Positions 15,141-23,463 of a stretch of DNA of 24,000 bases are shown here, one piece after another. Location of the stretch: the NCBI GenBank assembly GCA_937921685.1, contig CAKZUF010000014.1, forward strand, positions 4,219-28,218. The letters run 5' to 3'. Position 1 is the stretch's first letter. The number at the start of each line of letters is the position of its first letter. The notes under the pieces are model-generated. The model was not told where the DNA came from. It saw nothing but the letters and a program-made list of their open reading frames with translations, and did no database searches. Made by a program: the position numbers and the translations under genes. Source of the stretch: an uncultured archaeon (lineage in GTDB: Archaea > Thermoproteota > Nitrososphaeria_A > Caldarchaeales > Calditenuaceae).

Positions 15141-15431
15141 ATGGATAGAGTAGCTCGGGGACTCTTGGAGGTGGGGGTCGGTCTGGGGCTTGGTGTGGTG
15201 CCTACACTGGCTGTGCTAGCCTTGGTTGCTTTTGGATCGGCGTCCTCACCGCTTGTACAGGGGCTGATGGTGGAATTGGGGGGTTTGTTCTCGGTTAACC
15301 TTGTTCTCAGCATTTTGGCGTGCCCTGTTGTGGTGCTGGGTCTATGGGACTTTAGGGGTGGTCTGAGGGCTAGGGCTGAGCAGTTGAATACTGAGAGTGA
15401 GGCGGGCCGAGAGATTCCAGCGCCTCCCTAG
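15141..15431 (+). CDS. small hypothetical membrane protein
   Basis: ATG 15141 lies 30 nt downstream of TTTATTTTT (15107-15115), a leaderless-type geometry. Two hydrophobic helices. The opposite-strand ORF 15047-15313 is P/S/T-rich low complexity and looks like a shadow. Confidence 0.4.
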   Translation: MDRVARGLLEVGVGLGLGVVPTLAVLALVAFGSASSPLVQGLMVELGGLFSVNLVLSILACPVVVLGLWDFRGGLRARAEQLNTESEAGREIPAPP

Positions 15432-15436
15432 ATAGG

Positions 15437-16552
15437 CTAAGCCGCCTGTCTGACTGCTGCTTCAGCGGCCTCAAACATCCTCGTGAAATACTTGATATTC
15501 CTTGACTCTAGGATTCTCTTCCCCTCCTCCTCCCTTGTCCCTACCAGCCTTACAACAATTTTCTTAGAGCCGCGAAACTCGTCAAGGGCCTTCACTATCC
15601 CTTCTGCAACTTCATCACATCTGGTAATGCCGCCCAGAACGTTTAGGAAAACTAGCTTGATGTGAGGCCTGTTGAGGAGGAACTTGAGGGCTGTGTATAC
15701 CCTCTCCGAGGATGCTCCCCCACCGAGGTCGAGGAAGCACCCGGGCCTACCGCCCAAGGTGTATATTAGGTCCATGGTAGCCATGGTGAGTCCAGCCCCG
15801 TTACAGACAACCCCAATATCGCCTTCGAGCTCCACATAGTTAAGGCCCAGCTTCTCCGCCTCGCTCTCGGCGCTACTCTCAGCAGCGAATCTGAACCCCT
15901 TCATCCGCGCAGCATTATCATCGACAATAATCTTGGCGTCCAGTGCGACCAGCCTCTCATCACCAGTCAATGCCAGCGGATTTATCTCCGCCAAGTCGCA
16001 ATAATACTGTGTGTAGAGGTTGTATAGTTTCTTTACAATATCTTGGAGCTGTGTTGCAGCGTTTGTAGGGAGGTTGAGCTGAGCTGCTAATTTTCTTGTC
16101 TGCCAATCCCGAAGCCCGGTTAGTGGGTCGATGGAGAGCTTGAGGAGGGCTTCTGGATGGCTCTTTGAAAGCTCCTCCACATCAACACCCCCCATCCGAG
16201 AGGCGAGTATCATGTGCCTGTTAGACGCCCTGTCCACGATTATGGATAGGTAGAGCTCCTCAGAATGTTTAACTGCTTCTGCGACGATCAACTTCCTAAC
16301 CTTCTCACCCCTAATCTCCGAGCCTAGAAGGCTTTTTGCGACGCTTCTAACATCTTCGAGGGTCTCAACAAGCCTCACCCCACCAGCCTTCCCCCTCCCC
16401 CCAACAAGCACCTGGGCCTTCAAGACCACCGGGAGACCTATCTGCCTGGCAGCCTCCACAGCCGCCTCAGGCTCGTCAACCACGCTGAACCGCGGGGTGG
16501 GTATACCTGCCTCTGAGAGCAGCCTGAAGCCCTCATACTCGATAATCCTCAT
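15437..16552 (-). CDS. sucC: succinate--CoA ligase (ADP-forming) beta subunit / ATP-grasp acyl-CoA synthetase beta-like
   Basis: EYEGFRLLSEAGIPTP, VLKAQVLVGGRGKAGGV, NGAGLTMATMD, LDLGGGAS, NVLGGITRCDEVAEGI. 371 aa. No alpha-subunit gene adjacent. Confidence 0.8.
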   Translation of the reverse strand: MRIIEYEGFRLLSEAGIPTPRFSVVDEPEAAVEAARQIGLPVVLKAQVLVGGRGKAGGVRLVETLEDVRSVAKSLLGSEIRGEKVRKLIVAEAVKHSEELYLSIIVDRASNRHMILASRMGGVDVEELSKSHPEALLKLSIDPLTGLRDWQTRKLAAQLNLPTNAATQLQDIVKKLYNLYTQYYCDLAEINPLALTGDERLVALDAKIIVDDNAARMKGFRFAAESSAESEAEKLGLNYVELEGDIGVVCNGAGLTMATMDLIYTLGGRPGCFLDLGGGASSERVYTALKFLLNRPHIKLVFLNVLGGITRCDEVAEGIVKALDEFRGSKKIVVRLVGTREEEGKRILESRNIKYFTRMFEAAEAAVRQAA

Positions 16553-16591
16553 TACTGACCGGCACCGGTAGTGGGGTTGTAGCTCTACTTT

Positions 16592-17197
16592 CTAAACCTT
16601 AGCTTTGCTGAACCTATTCTCCACATCGTCCCAGTTTACTACCTGCCACCAGGCATCCACGTAGCTGGCGCGGTCATTCTTGTATTGTAGATAGTATGCA
16701 TGCTCCCAGACATCGAGTGAGAGCAGAATAGGCAGCTGGGCAAGGTGCATGAGATTCTGCTTCTCAATCTGCGTTAAGACTAGCCTGTCCGCCTCAGGGT
16801 CGTATAGGAGGAGGGCCCAGCCGACACCCTCAACCGTTTTAGCCGCATCGCTAAACAGTTTTTTAAACCTGTCGAACCCTCCGAACTCCTTTTCAATACG
16901 ATCTGCTATGCCGCCGCCGGGCTTTCCGCCCCCTCTGCCGGGTGGGGCCATGTTGGGCCAAAAGATGGAGTGGAGCTTATGCCCATCTAAGTTAAAGCTC
17001 AAATCCCTCAATACGGCTCTTACATCGATCTCTATCTCGCCGCGTGCCGCCTTCTCAATCTTCTCTAAAGCCGCGTTGGCTCCATTAACATAGGCTTGGT
17101 GGTGTTTTGTGTGGTGTAGCGTCATGATCTGCTCAGAGATGACTGGCTCGAGTGCGTTGTACGCATATGGAAGTTGTGGAAGAGTATATTTCGGCAT
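16592..17197 (-). CDS. sod: Fe/Mn superoxide dismutase
   Basis: LPQLPYAYNALEPVISEQIMTLHHTKHHQAYV and DVWEHAYYLQYKN (metal ligands His, His, Asp, His). 201 aa. Confidence 0.92.
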   Translation of the reverse strand: MPKYTLPQLPYAYNALEPVISEQIMTLHHTKHHQAYVNGANAALEKIEKAARGEIEIDVRAVLRDLSFNLDGHKLHSIFWPNMAPPGRGGGKPGGGIADRIEKEFGGFDRFKKLFSDAAKTVEGVGWALLLYDPEADRLVLTQIEKQNLMHLAQLPILLSLDVWEHAYYLQYKNDRASYVDAWWQVVNWDDVENRFSKAKV

Positions 17198-17236
17198 GCT
17201 ACAGAAAAGATCTACCGCGTATTTGAGCCTTTCTCA

Positions 17237-18094
17237 TCAACTACCCGGTTGGTTGGAGTAGGCTCGCCTATACAAATTCCTCAAATCATATCGGGTCTCC
17301 AAAGCCCTTTTAACCCTCTCTACACTCTTGACGGCCTCGCCCCTCTCAAACGCCTCGACCAGCTCTTTAACCGTCTCGCCATATCTCCTGAACAGCCTGA
17401 GCGCCTCAGGGCTTGTCATGGGGTATCCTGCATAAAAATCGCTGGACTCGTTTAAGCTGACAGAGACTAGAGAGAGCAGTATGCTTAGGCTCTTTGTCTC
17501 AACCTTAATTGGTTTCACCTTCGAAAGAAGATTGGCTGCTGAGACTCCTATGAAGTGTGTGAGGGATAGGGCGGTGAGCATGGCCCTATCATGTTCAGGC
17601 CAAGACATTCTGAGAACCCTTGTCCTAGGAAGGAGACTCCATATAAGAGCGTCTTCACCCCTACTCGCCCTCTCAACGTGAATAGTAACAGTGCCTCTAT
17701 CATCCCTCTGACCAGGCCCAAAAAGCGGGTGTATCGAGGCCACAACATGACCTCTCCTCCTCGCAAAGAGTATTTGTCTCATTAGGGGCCTCTTGAACGA
17801 AGATATCTCAACTATCCTGAGCCCCTGACTTTTAATCTTGGCAAGCCGGCCTAGGACTTTAACGGTTGAGTTAATGGGCAGGGCGAGTAGGACCGGCGCT
17901 CGTGGTGGAATCTCGTTTAAAGAGTTTAAAACCCGCCCACCAACTCTTCCCGCAATATCGACAGCTCTTCTCCGCTCTTGGTCGAGGAGCAGAAGATCCG
18001 CACCCCTTTTAGCAAGTCTCTCAGCAAACCATGAACCCATCCTACCACATCCAATTATTGTAAATCTCACTTCTAGTGAGTCCATACGCGTCAT
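17237..18094 (-). CDS. tyrA: prephenate dehydrogenase (TyrA family)
   Basis: Rossmann FTIIGCGRMGSWFAERLAKRG and the TyrA signature HPLFGPG. Start moved to ATG 18094 (or 18085). The track start at 18196 adds 34 residues before the dinucleotide fold. Confidence 0.62.
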   Translation of the reverse strand: MTRMDSLEVRFTIIGCGRMGSWFAERLAKRGADLLLLDQERRRAVDIAGRVGGRVLNSLNEIPPRAPVLLALPINSTVKVLGRLAKIKSQGLRIVEISSFKRPLMRQILFARRRGHVVASIHPLFGPGQRDDRGTVTIHVERASRGEDALIWSLLPRTRVLRMSWPEHDRAMLTALSLTHFIGVSAANLLSKVKPIKVETKSLSILLSLVSVSLNESSDFYAGYPMTSPEALRLFRRYGETVKELVEAFERGEAVKSVERVKRALETRYDLRNLYRRAYSNQPGS

Positions 18095-18252
18095 GCTATT
18101 GAATTTTTCCCTGAAGTAGATGCGAAGGTTATGAGTGCGCCGCGAAGACTGAAAAGGTCTTCCACATATACGCGGAAGCATACAGAACCCATACAAGCTT
18201 GGGTTGTTGCCTGAGATTTGGTCAGGTCCTGAGGTGTGTCACCAACACAGTG

Positions 18253-18606
18253 TTACTTCATCAATGTCCTCATAGGTCTTAGCTCCCTTTTGAGGGGATC
18301 GAGGACTAGCCCGCATATTTCAAGCGTTACCGTTCCCAAGAGGTTTTCGTCTTCAGCCACGCCGAGAATAACGGGCGTATGGTATTCTCCAAAACCTGGA
18401 ATCTCTATCGTGGCCTCTTGAAAGCTTTCTCCTTATTATAGAGCCGTCCGCGGGAATCAGCTCCACCCCCTCTTAGGAGTGAAGCCAAGCTCTTGCCAAA
18501 CGTCTTACCGTAGCGTCGTATATGTAGCTCCAGAATCCACAAGAAGATTTACCTTAAACTCCTTACCTTCATCCCTTACATAGGCCTCAACATAAACGCG
18601 GCCCAT
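18253..18606 (-). pseudogene. decayed retropepsin-like (clan AA) aspartic protease gene
   Basis: Minus strand from ATG 18606: MGRVYVEAYVRDEGKEFKVNLLVDSGATYTTLR, then in-frame TAA, then DVWQELGFTPK. The homologous reading moves to another frame (EGVELIPADGSIIRRK) and returns (ATIEIPGFGEYHTPVILGVAEDENLLGTVTLEICGLVLDPLKRELRPMRTLMK*). The DSGA active-site motif is present. Confidence 0.65.
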
Positions 18607-18702
18607 CTCTAAAAAACATTCTACGGCCACGCACAAATTAACATTGCCCAACCGACCTATCTGGAAAAAGTTTCTCCCGGATGTTTGTGAGTTAGATAAA
18701 TC

Positions 18703-19512
18703 CTAAACTATGTAGCCTGGGGGTCTTGACTCCTCGTCATATTCTTTCTCCAAACTTTCAACAATCCGTCTAAGATCACTGTCGTTCTCGATTAGGCTCG
18801 CTACTTTGCCCTCAAACACCGAGGCCTCAACATAAAGTCTGTCAAGGTTGAACTGCATGTCCAGGACTGCGCCCACCTTCTCGAGCACGCTCGCGACTAC
18901 GCGTGGATTAGCTATGTTGAGGTAGTGTGGGACATGGCCCCATATGGATACCGCCTTCAAGCCTAGCTTTCCACACTCGTACATGAGGTAGCTGTGGATG
19001 CTTGCTGGGCCCTGATAGTTTGACGGCCTCAACCCTAGTGAGAGGGCCTGATAGTAGATCTCCCTGTCTGTTGTCAAGAATGATATTCTGACTGGCCTAG
19101 TGTGTGGCACCCTGTCTAGAAGTCCTCCGATAGAGACTAATCTCTCCACCCCAAACCTATCTACGAGTGAGAATATTGCTTTGACCAGCTTGTCCCAGCC
19201 ACTCATCGGCTCATATCCGCGTATCATTATTACATCTCTCTCGGCGGCAATTCCCCAATAGACCTCGAAGCCCGGCATACCTATAGACTTCAGAATCCCA
19301 TCCTCGATAACCACTAACGGCCTATGCTGTGTATGGTCGATGAACTGGGACATGTCGATGTGTCCAATCTGGCTGGCATTCAGCAGCTCTATGAGATAAG
19401 AGATCGAGAGGGAGGACACTCCACCCGCATCCGGCCATCCAGCGAACCCAATGACTATGGCTGGGCTCCTCATCTCGGGGGTGAATCTTAAATGGAGTAG
19501 TGACTCGCTCAT
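18703..19512 (-). CDS. PAC2-family (proteasome assembly chaperone-like) protein
   Basis: 269 aa. The N-terminal AIVIGFAGWPDAGGVSSLSISYL pattern and overall length are typical of archaeal PAC2/COG1938 proteins. Recognised by eye. Confidence 0.65.
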   Translation of the reverse strand: MSESLLHLRFTPEMRSPAIVIGFAGWPDAGGVSSLSISYLIELLNASQIGHIDMSQFIDHTQHRPLVVIEDGILKSIGMPGFEVYWGIAAERDVIMIRGYEPMSGWDKLVKAIFSLVDRFGVERLVSIGGLLDRVPHTRPVRISFLTTDREIYYQALSLGLRPSNYQGPASIHSYLMYECGKLGLKAVSIWGHVPHYLNIANPRVVASVLEKVGAVLDMQFNLDRLYVEASVFEGKVASLIENDSDLRRIVESLEKEYDEESRPPGYIV

Positions 19513-19611
19513 CTAATCCGCCACAACATATTGGCCTGGAGATGGTTAAAAAGATGCGCACTCGCGGCAATAAGAATAAAATACCAGCCTCCGTAACATT
19601 ATCTCGAGAAT

Positions 19612-19733
19612 AGCCCGGTCGTCTAGCGGCCAAACCCCAATGGCCAGACGTGAGGGGCCAAGGATCCCGGGCTCTGGATCCCCCTAGCTGGAGGAGATCC
19701 CCGGGGACGCCGGTTCGAATCCGGCCCGGGCTA
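19612..19733 (+). tRNA. tRNA-Gln(CUG) with two introns: 28 nt in the D-loop (about 19634-19661) and 21 nt at 37/38 (19678-19698)
   Basis: Spliced form: AGCCCGG UC GUCU AGCGGCCAA GGAU C CCGGG CUCUGGC CCCGG GGAC GCCGG UUCGAAU CCGGC CCGGGCU A (73 nt, A1-U72). The anticodon intron has a full hBHBh' (helix 19672-75/19693-96, bulges GGA and AUC). The D-loop intron is flanked by the repeat GGCCAA, with a central helix GGCC 19628-31/19656-59. Confidence 0.8.
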
Positions 19734-19734
19734 C

Positions 19735-19742
19735 TTTTATTA
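19735..19742 (+). promoter_or_regulatory. T-rich element directly after tRNA-Gln: likely tRNA terminator and possibly the TATA box for mscS
   Basis: TTTTATTA begins 2 nt after the tRNA discriminator base and is centred about 32 nt upstream of ATG 19771. Confidence 0.35.
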
Positions 19743-19770
19743 CTTGGATGGACTCAGAGCGAGCATAGGC

Positions 19771-20862
19771 ATGTCCCTTCCTGAGGAGTATCTGTATCCT
19801 GTTCTTGTTTTTTCTGTAGTCTTAGCCGTTGGTTTCGCTGTTAGGAAGATCTTGACAAGAATTATTCGGCACTGGGCGGCGAGGACTGAGACTAAGCTTG
19901 ACGATGTCATCCTCGGCTCCATCCGCTCGCCGATAATTGTCTGGTTCCTCGTGGGAGGAGTGTACGCTGCTGTTGGTCTAGTACATCTGCCCACCAACAT
20001 AGCCGGGGTGATTGATAAGGGTCTTCTTGCCCTACTCATACTCTCGATCGCCTGGACTCTAGCCAACATAGCCTCGGGAGTGATAAAGTATTATGGCTAC
20101 AGGATTGGAGCCGCCATTCAAGTGACTAGTCTTGGACAGATCATTACAAAGTTCGCCATCCTCTCGCTGGGAATCGTGATAGTCCTGTCGGAGCTGGGAA
20201 TCGAAATTACGCCGCTCGTAGCCTCTCTGGGTATTGGGGCCCTTGCGATAGCCCTCGCTCTCCAAGACACACTGGCAAACTTCTTCTCCGGCTTCTACAT
20301 CTTGGCCGAGAAGTCGATAAGGGTTGGAGACTTCATAAGCATCGAGGGTGTGGGCGAGGGGACGGTGGTCGACATCAGCTGGAGAACAACTAAGATCCAG
20401 ACACTCCCAAATAACCTAATAATAATCCCGAACAAGAAGCTCGCTGAGTCGATAGTGACTAATTACGATTTGCCCGAGCGGGAGCTCTCACTCTCCACGG
20501 TGATAGGCGTTAGCTATCACGAGGATCCCGACAGGGTTGAGCAGATACTACTCGATGAAGCGAGCAAAGCAGTCAAGGAGATGGGAGGGACAAACCCCGA
20601 CTTCACTCCACTAATAAGGCTCGCACCAGCAGATTATTCTCTTAATTTCACGGTGATCTGGAGGGCTACTAACGTGAGAGAGCGCGGCAGGCAGATCCAT
20701 GAGATGAATAAGAGGCTTGTCAAAAGGCTGAAAGCCGAGGGAATCGAGATACCCTTCCCCGTCAGAACAGTATATCTCAGGCAGGAAAGGAGTCAGAGGC
20801 TTAAACCTCCCTCTAGGAGACCGGCGACTAGAAGGGCGGTGGAAGGCTCTAAAAGTGATTAA
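19771..20862 (+). CDS. mscS: small-conductance mechanosensitive channel (MscS family)
   Basis: N-terminal TM helices, pore-helix/beta-domain block ALALQDTLANFFSGFYILAEKSIRVGDFISIEG..GTVVDISWRTTKI, and a basic C-terminal tail. Start set at the first ATG. The track start TTG 19744 lies 11 nt after the tRNA. Confidence 0.85.
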   Translation: MSLPEEYLYPVLVFSVVLAVGFAVRKILTRIIRHWAARTETKLDDVILGSIRSPIIVWFLVGGVYAAVGLVHLPTNIAGVIDKGLLALLILSIAWTLANIASGVIKYYGYRIGAAIQVTSLGQIITKFAILSLGIVIVLSELGIEITPLVASLGIGALAIALALQDTLANFFSGFYILAEKSIRVGDFISIEGVGEGTVVDISWRTTKIQTLPNNLIIIPNKKLAESIVTNYDLPERELSLSTVIGVSYHEDPDRVEQILLDEASKAVKEMGGTNPDFTPLIRLAPADYSLNFTVIWRATNVRERGRQIHEMNKRLVKRLKAEGIEIPFPVRTVYLRQERSQRLKPPSRRPATRRAVEGSKSD

Positions 20863-20888
20863 TACGACTGTATGGTAGAGTTGAAGGG

Positions 20889-20896
20889 TTTATATA
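20889..20896 (+). promoter_or_regulatory. TATA box for the Lrp/AsnC gene
   Basis: TTTATATA ends 4 nt before the track start GTG 20900. It is centred about 28 nt before the in-frame GTG 20921, which would therefore be a leaderless start. Confidence 0.4.
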
Positions 20897-20899
20897 GGT

Positions 20900-21388
20900 G
20901 TGTCCAAGGATTTATGCGAAGTGTTGAAAAAAGTTGATGAAATAGACCTGAAACTCATAAACGTACTCAGTCGCAACGGGCGCGCCTCGTATAGAGAGCT
21001 GGCGAAATCATTAGGTGTCTCGGTTGCAACTGTTGCATACAGGGTTGCACGGCTGCAGAGGAACGGTCTGATTAAGGGATTCGCCGCAATAGTAGACTAC
21101 GAGAAATTCGGCTACGACATAACGGCTGTGATAGAGCTTGTTATTAGAGAGGGGAGGCTGCTCGAGGTCCAGAGGGAATTGGCCAAGGAGCCGAATGTTG
21201 TCGCAGTCTATGATGTTACTGGTGAGGTTGACTCGATAATTGTGGCAAGGTTTAGAGACCGCCAAGAGCTTAGCCAGTTTGTGAAGAAGGTGCTAAGAAT
21301 GCCCTACGTCGAGAGGACATCGACCCACGTTGTATTGGAGGTTGTGAAAGAGGACTTCTTCTCGCCCCAGCTAGTGGGAAGCGTCTAG
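20900..21388 (+). CDS. Lrp/AsnC-family transcriptional regulator
   Basis: HTH region LINVLSRNGRASYRELAKSLGVSVATVAYRVARLQRNGLIKGF, followed by a RAM/ACT-like effector domain (AVIELV...VVAVYDVTGEVDSIIV). The true start may be GTG 20921. Confidence 0.85.
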   Translation: MSKDLCEVLKKVDEIDLKLINVLSRNGRASYRELAKSLGVSVATVAYRVARLQRNGLIKGFAAIVDYEKFGYDITAVIELVIREGRLLEVQRELAKEPNVVAVYDVTGEVDSIIVARFRDRQELSQFVKKVLRMPYVERTSTHVVLEVVKEDFFSPQLVGSV

Positions 21389-23463
21389 CCCTCTTCAGGC
21401 TCTTCTACTCTCGTAGGCGTATCCGGCTTCGGGTAAATTACCGTAAAATACTCCTCCTCAACAACTCTATCCACCTCTTTAGCTATATTGAAGACCTTGC
21501 CAAATTCTTCAAAGTGTGGTTTAAGAATTGTCATGTCATCGTCGTTTAGTCTCCGATACTCGACGACAAGTTCCTTCCAGTATTTGTTCACGTATAGTTT
21601 GGAGACGCGTTTTACAGCTTCCGGGGATAGTATGTCTCTGAGAGTTATGAGTGAGAAGTCCTTAAGCGACCCTACTGCTTTATATTCCTTAGTTGAGAGC
21701 AGCCCTTCTAATAATAGTCCGCGTAGATACTGCATAACGTCGCCCTTGGGAGGGTTAAGCCCTATCTTGCCCGGACTGACCCTACCTCTAATGTATATTC
21801 TGCCGCCAACCATACCGCTAGCCACACAGTCTCCAACGATCTCCACATCTGTATTGAGATAGTTCAGGCCCAGAACAACAATCACTCCACCAGCAATATA
21901 CTCTCCGAGATAGTCGTCGACCCTACCCCCAATCATCAATAAAGGTCGCCTATCTCTATACTCTCTCATCTGTATGCCACACCTGTTGCCCGCGTTGCCC
22001 TTGACATAGATAGCGCCACCCTGCAGGGCCTGGGCTAGAACATCCCTAGCATCACCGTGAACGATCAGGCGTCCACCGGTCATGACATCTCCAACATCGT
22101 CTTGGACGTTTCCGAAAACTTCTATATCGAGGCTCTTGTTCAGGTTCGCGAGGCAGTTCCCGGGCGTGCCGAATATTCTGAGCTTTACTGGACAGTCCAG
22201 CCCCACACCAATATATCTTTGCCCCCTAACGTTGATGATGTCTACTTGCGCAGCTCCCGCTTTTATCCTCTCCAATATGGCTTGGTTGAGCATCCTATAG
22301 TTCATGTGTGACGCGTCTATGCATTCTTTAGTGGCGGCTGAGCGCTTGAGCTGGGTGGACAGGATATAGAATCTTTCATGAAGAGTTCTCCCCGGATAAA
22401 TTACCCCTCTCTTCAGGGAGGCGAGGAAGTAGTCTCCAGGCTCTATGGTCCAGACATTGGCTTCTGGGCTGATCGTCCTTATCTGGGCCTCCTCGCTAGC
22501 GGCGTAGATGTAGTTCTCGTCTTCGCCTACGATTATTGGCCTGAATTTAAAACGGTCCGCGAAAGCTACCATGTAGACGTCGTCCCCATCGCTGAAGCCC
22601 GCTATGACGCTGAACGGTCCATCGAGCTTGGCTCCACGCCATCTGTAGAACAGCCTAACAGTCTCCGTGTCTGGTAACTCTCTGTTAAACCTGTTGCACA
22701 GTATTTTTACCGCCTCTTGGACATTGAGGTGCTGGAAGCTGGTGAGATAGTCGAGAAGGTAGGCGATAACCTCACTATCCGTGCCTACAAAACTCTTATA
22801 GCCCAACGACCAGAGAAGCTCCATGTTAGAGCCGAAAGAGCTTATGTCACCATTATGTACAATAGCCCAGTCACCGCTGGAGAACGGATGCGACCAGACA
22901 GGCAGCCTTCCCGGCGAGTTTGTGGGCTGTCTCGTGTGTGCAATCCATAGGTCTCCCTCTAAGCCCCTATCACCCATCTGGTAGAGGTTGTAGACATCCA
23001 GCGGGTATCCCACACCCTTATACACGTCGACAAACCTGCCCCAAGAATAGATTCGCCCCTTGAACCCATCTGACCAAAGCTCTCCATTAACCTCTTGGAC
23101 AGCCTGCCAGAGTGCCTCGTAGCTGGCCTCTACATATGTGGTATAGGATGTTAGGGCCCCATTCGGGGAGGTGTACTCAGGTTTGGGCTGGGATAAGACC
23201 TCTACACGCGCCTTTTGTTCCAGCATGCTGAATATCTGAAAAGCCACTGTATCGGACACCGCGAAGGCCTTCACCCTCCAACTTGGTCTGGAGTCCAGCC
23301 TAACTCTCGCGAATCCAGCCCCCATCTTGCTCCCCCTATATCTTACACACTCGATGGCGTTGAGGGCTGCGGTGGATGGTATCGGCCCTGAATGTGCCTT
23401 CCTTAATATGCCGAAGATCCCGCATCCAGACTTGACTTGGCGTACGTGGTGGTTACTCTCCAG
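21385..23463 (-). CDS. class-II (Ntn) glutamine amidotransferase fused to a GXGXG domain (glutamate synthase domains 1 plus 3-like)
   Basis: GATase-II blocks CGIFGIL (Cys codon 23424-22), ECVRYRGSKMGAGFA, AHTRQPTNS, HPF, VHNGDIS, GTDSEVIAYLL. C-terminal GXGXG repeats: FGTPGNCLANL, VFGNVQDDVGDVMTGGRLIVHGDA, VKGNAGNRCG, IGGRVDDYLGEYIAGGVIVVLG. The 5' limit is uncertain: the frame is open from 23469, the only candidate start is CTG 23463, and the track start ATG 23325 truncates the conserved N-terminus. Confidence 0.75.
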   Translation of the reverse strand: MESNHHVRQVKSGCGIFGILRKAHSGPIPSTAALNAIECVRYRGSKMGAGFARVRLDSRPSWRVKAFAVSDTVAFQIFSMLEQKARVEVLSQPKPEYTSPNGALTSYTTYVEASYEALWQAVQEVNGELWSDGFKGRIYSWGRFVDVYKGVGYPLDVYNLYQMGDRGLEGDLWIAHTRQPTNSPGRLPVWSHPFSSGDWAIVHNGDISSFGSNMELLWSLGYKSFVGTDSEVIAYLLDYLTSFQHLNVQEAVKILCNRFNRELPDTETVRLFYRWRGAKLDGPFSVIAGFSDGDDVYMVAFADRFKFRPIIVGEDENYIYAASEEAQIRTISPEANVWTIEPGDYFLASLKRGVIYPGRTLHERFYILSTQLKRSAATKECIDASHMNYRMLNQAILERIKAGAAQVDIINVRGQRYIGVGLDCPVKLRIFGTPGNCLANLNKSLDIEVFGNVQDDVGDVMTGGRLIVHGDARDVLAQALQGGAIYVKGNAGNRCGIQMREYRDRRPLLMIGGRVDDYLGEYIAGGVIVVLGLNYLNTDVEIVGDCVASGMVGGRIYIRGRVSPGKIGLNPPKGDVMQYLRGLLLEGLLSTKEYKAVGSLKDFSLITLRDILSPEAVKRVSKLYVNKYWKELVVEYRRLNDDDMTILKPHFEEFGKVFNIAKEVDRVVEEEYFTVIYPKPDTPTRVEEPEEG

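Noticed and set aside
15047-15313. 88-aa minus-strand ORF rich in Pro/Ser/Thr/Lys.
   Set aside because: Its low-complexity composition is typical of the antisense frame of a G/T-rich membrane-protein gene. The plus-strand ORF has a TATA box at leaderless distance.
18095-18196. Longer start for tyrA (34 extra residues).
   Set aside because: The extra residues precede the Rossmann beta1 strand by an atypically long, Cys/Arg-rich stretch. ATG 18094 or 18085 gives the usual spacing.
18125-18215. Possible second C/D box sRNA (AUGAGUG ... CUGA) and the small hairpin GAAGAC-N7-GTCTTC upstream of tyrA. Also ATGATGC at 13290.
   Set aside because: The C box is imperfect, the box spacing is wrong (no D box at about 50 nt) and there is no terminal stem. 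The 13290 site has no D box at all.
18236-18421. 61-aa plus-strand ORF in the tyrA-PAC2 gap.
   Set aside because: It lies antisense to the recognisable aspartic protease remnant and has no motif or start context of its own.
19322-20069. Minus-strand ORFs 19322-19633 and 19740-20069.
   Set aside because: The first overlaps the PAC2 gene in another frame and runs across the 5' end of tRNA-Gln. The second is antisense to the well-supported MscS gene. Both look like shadow ORFs.
23325-23325. The amidotransferase appeared to start MGAGF, suggesting a class-II GATase that has lost its Cys1 nucleophile (a pseudo-enzyme).
   Set aside because: The same frame upstream encodes an intact CGIFGIL N-terminus (Cys codon 23424-22). 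The track start is simply the first ATG in a longer open frame. The real issue is the missing canonical start, reported as a finding.
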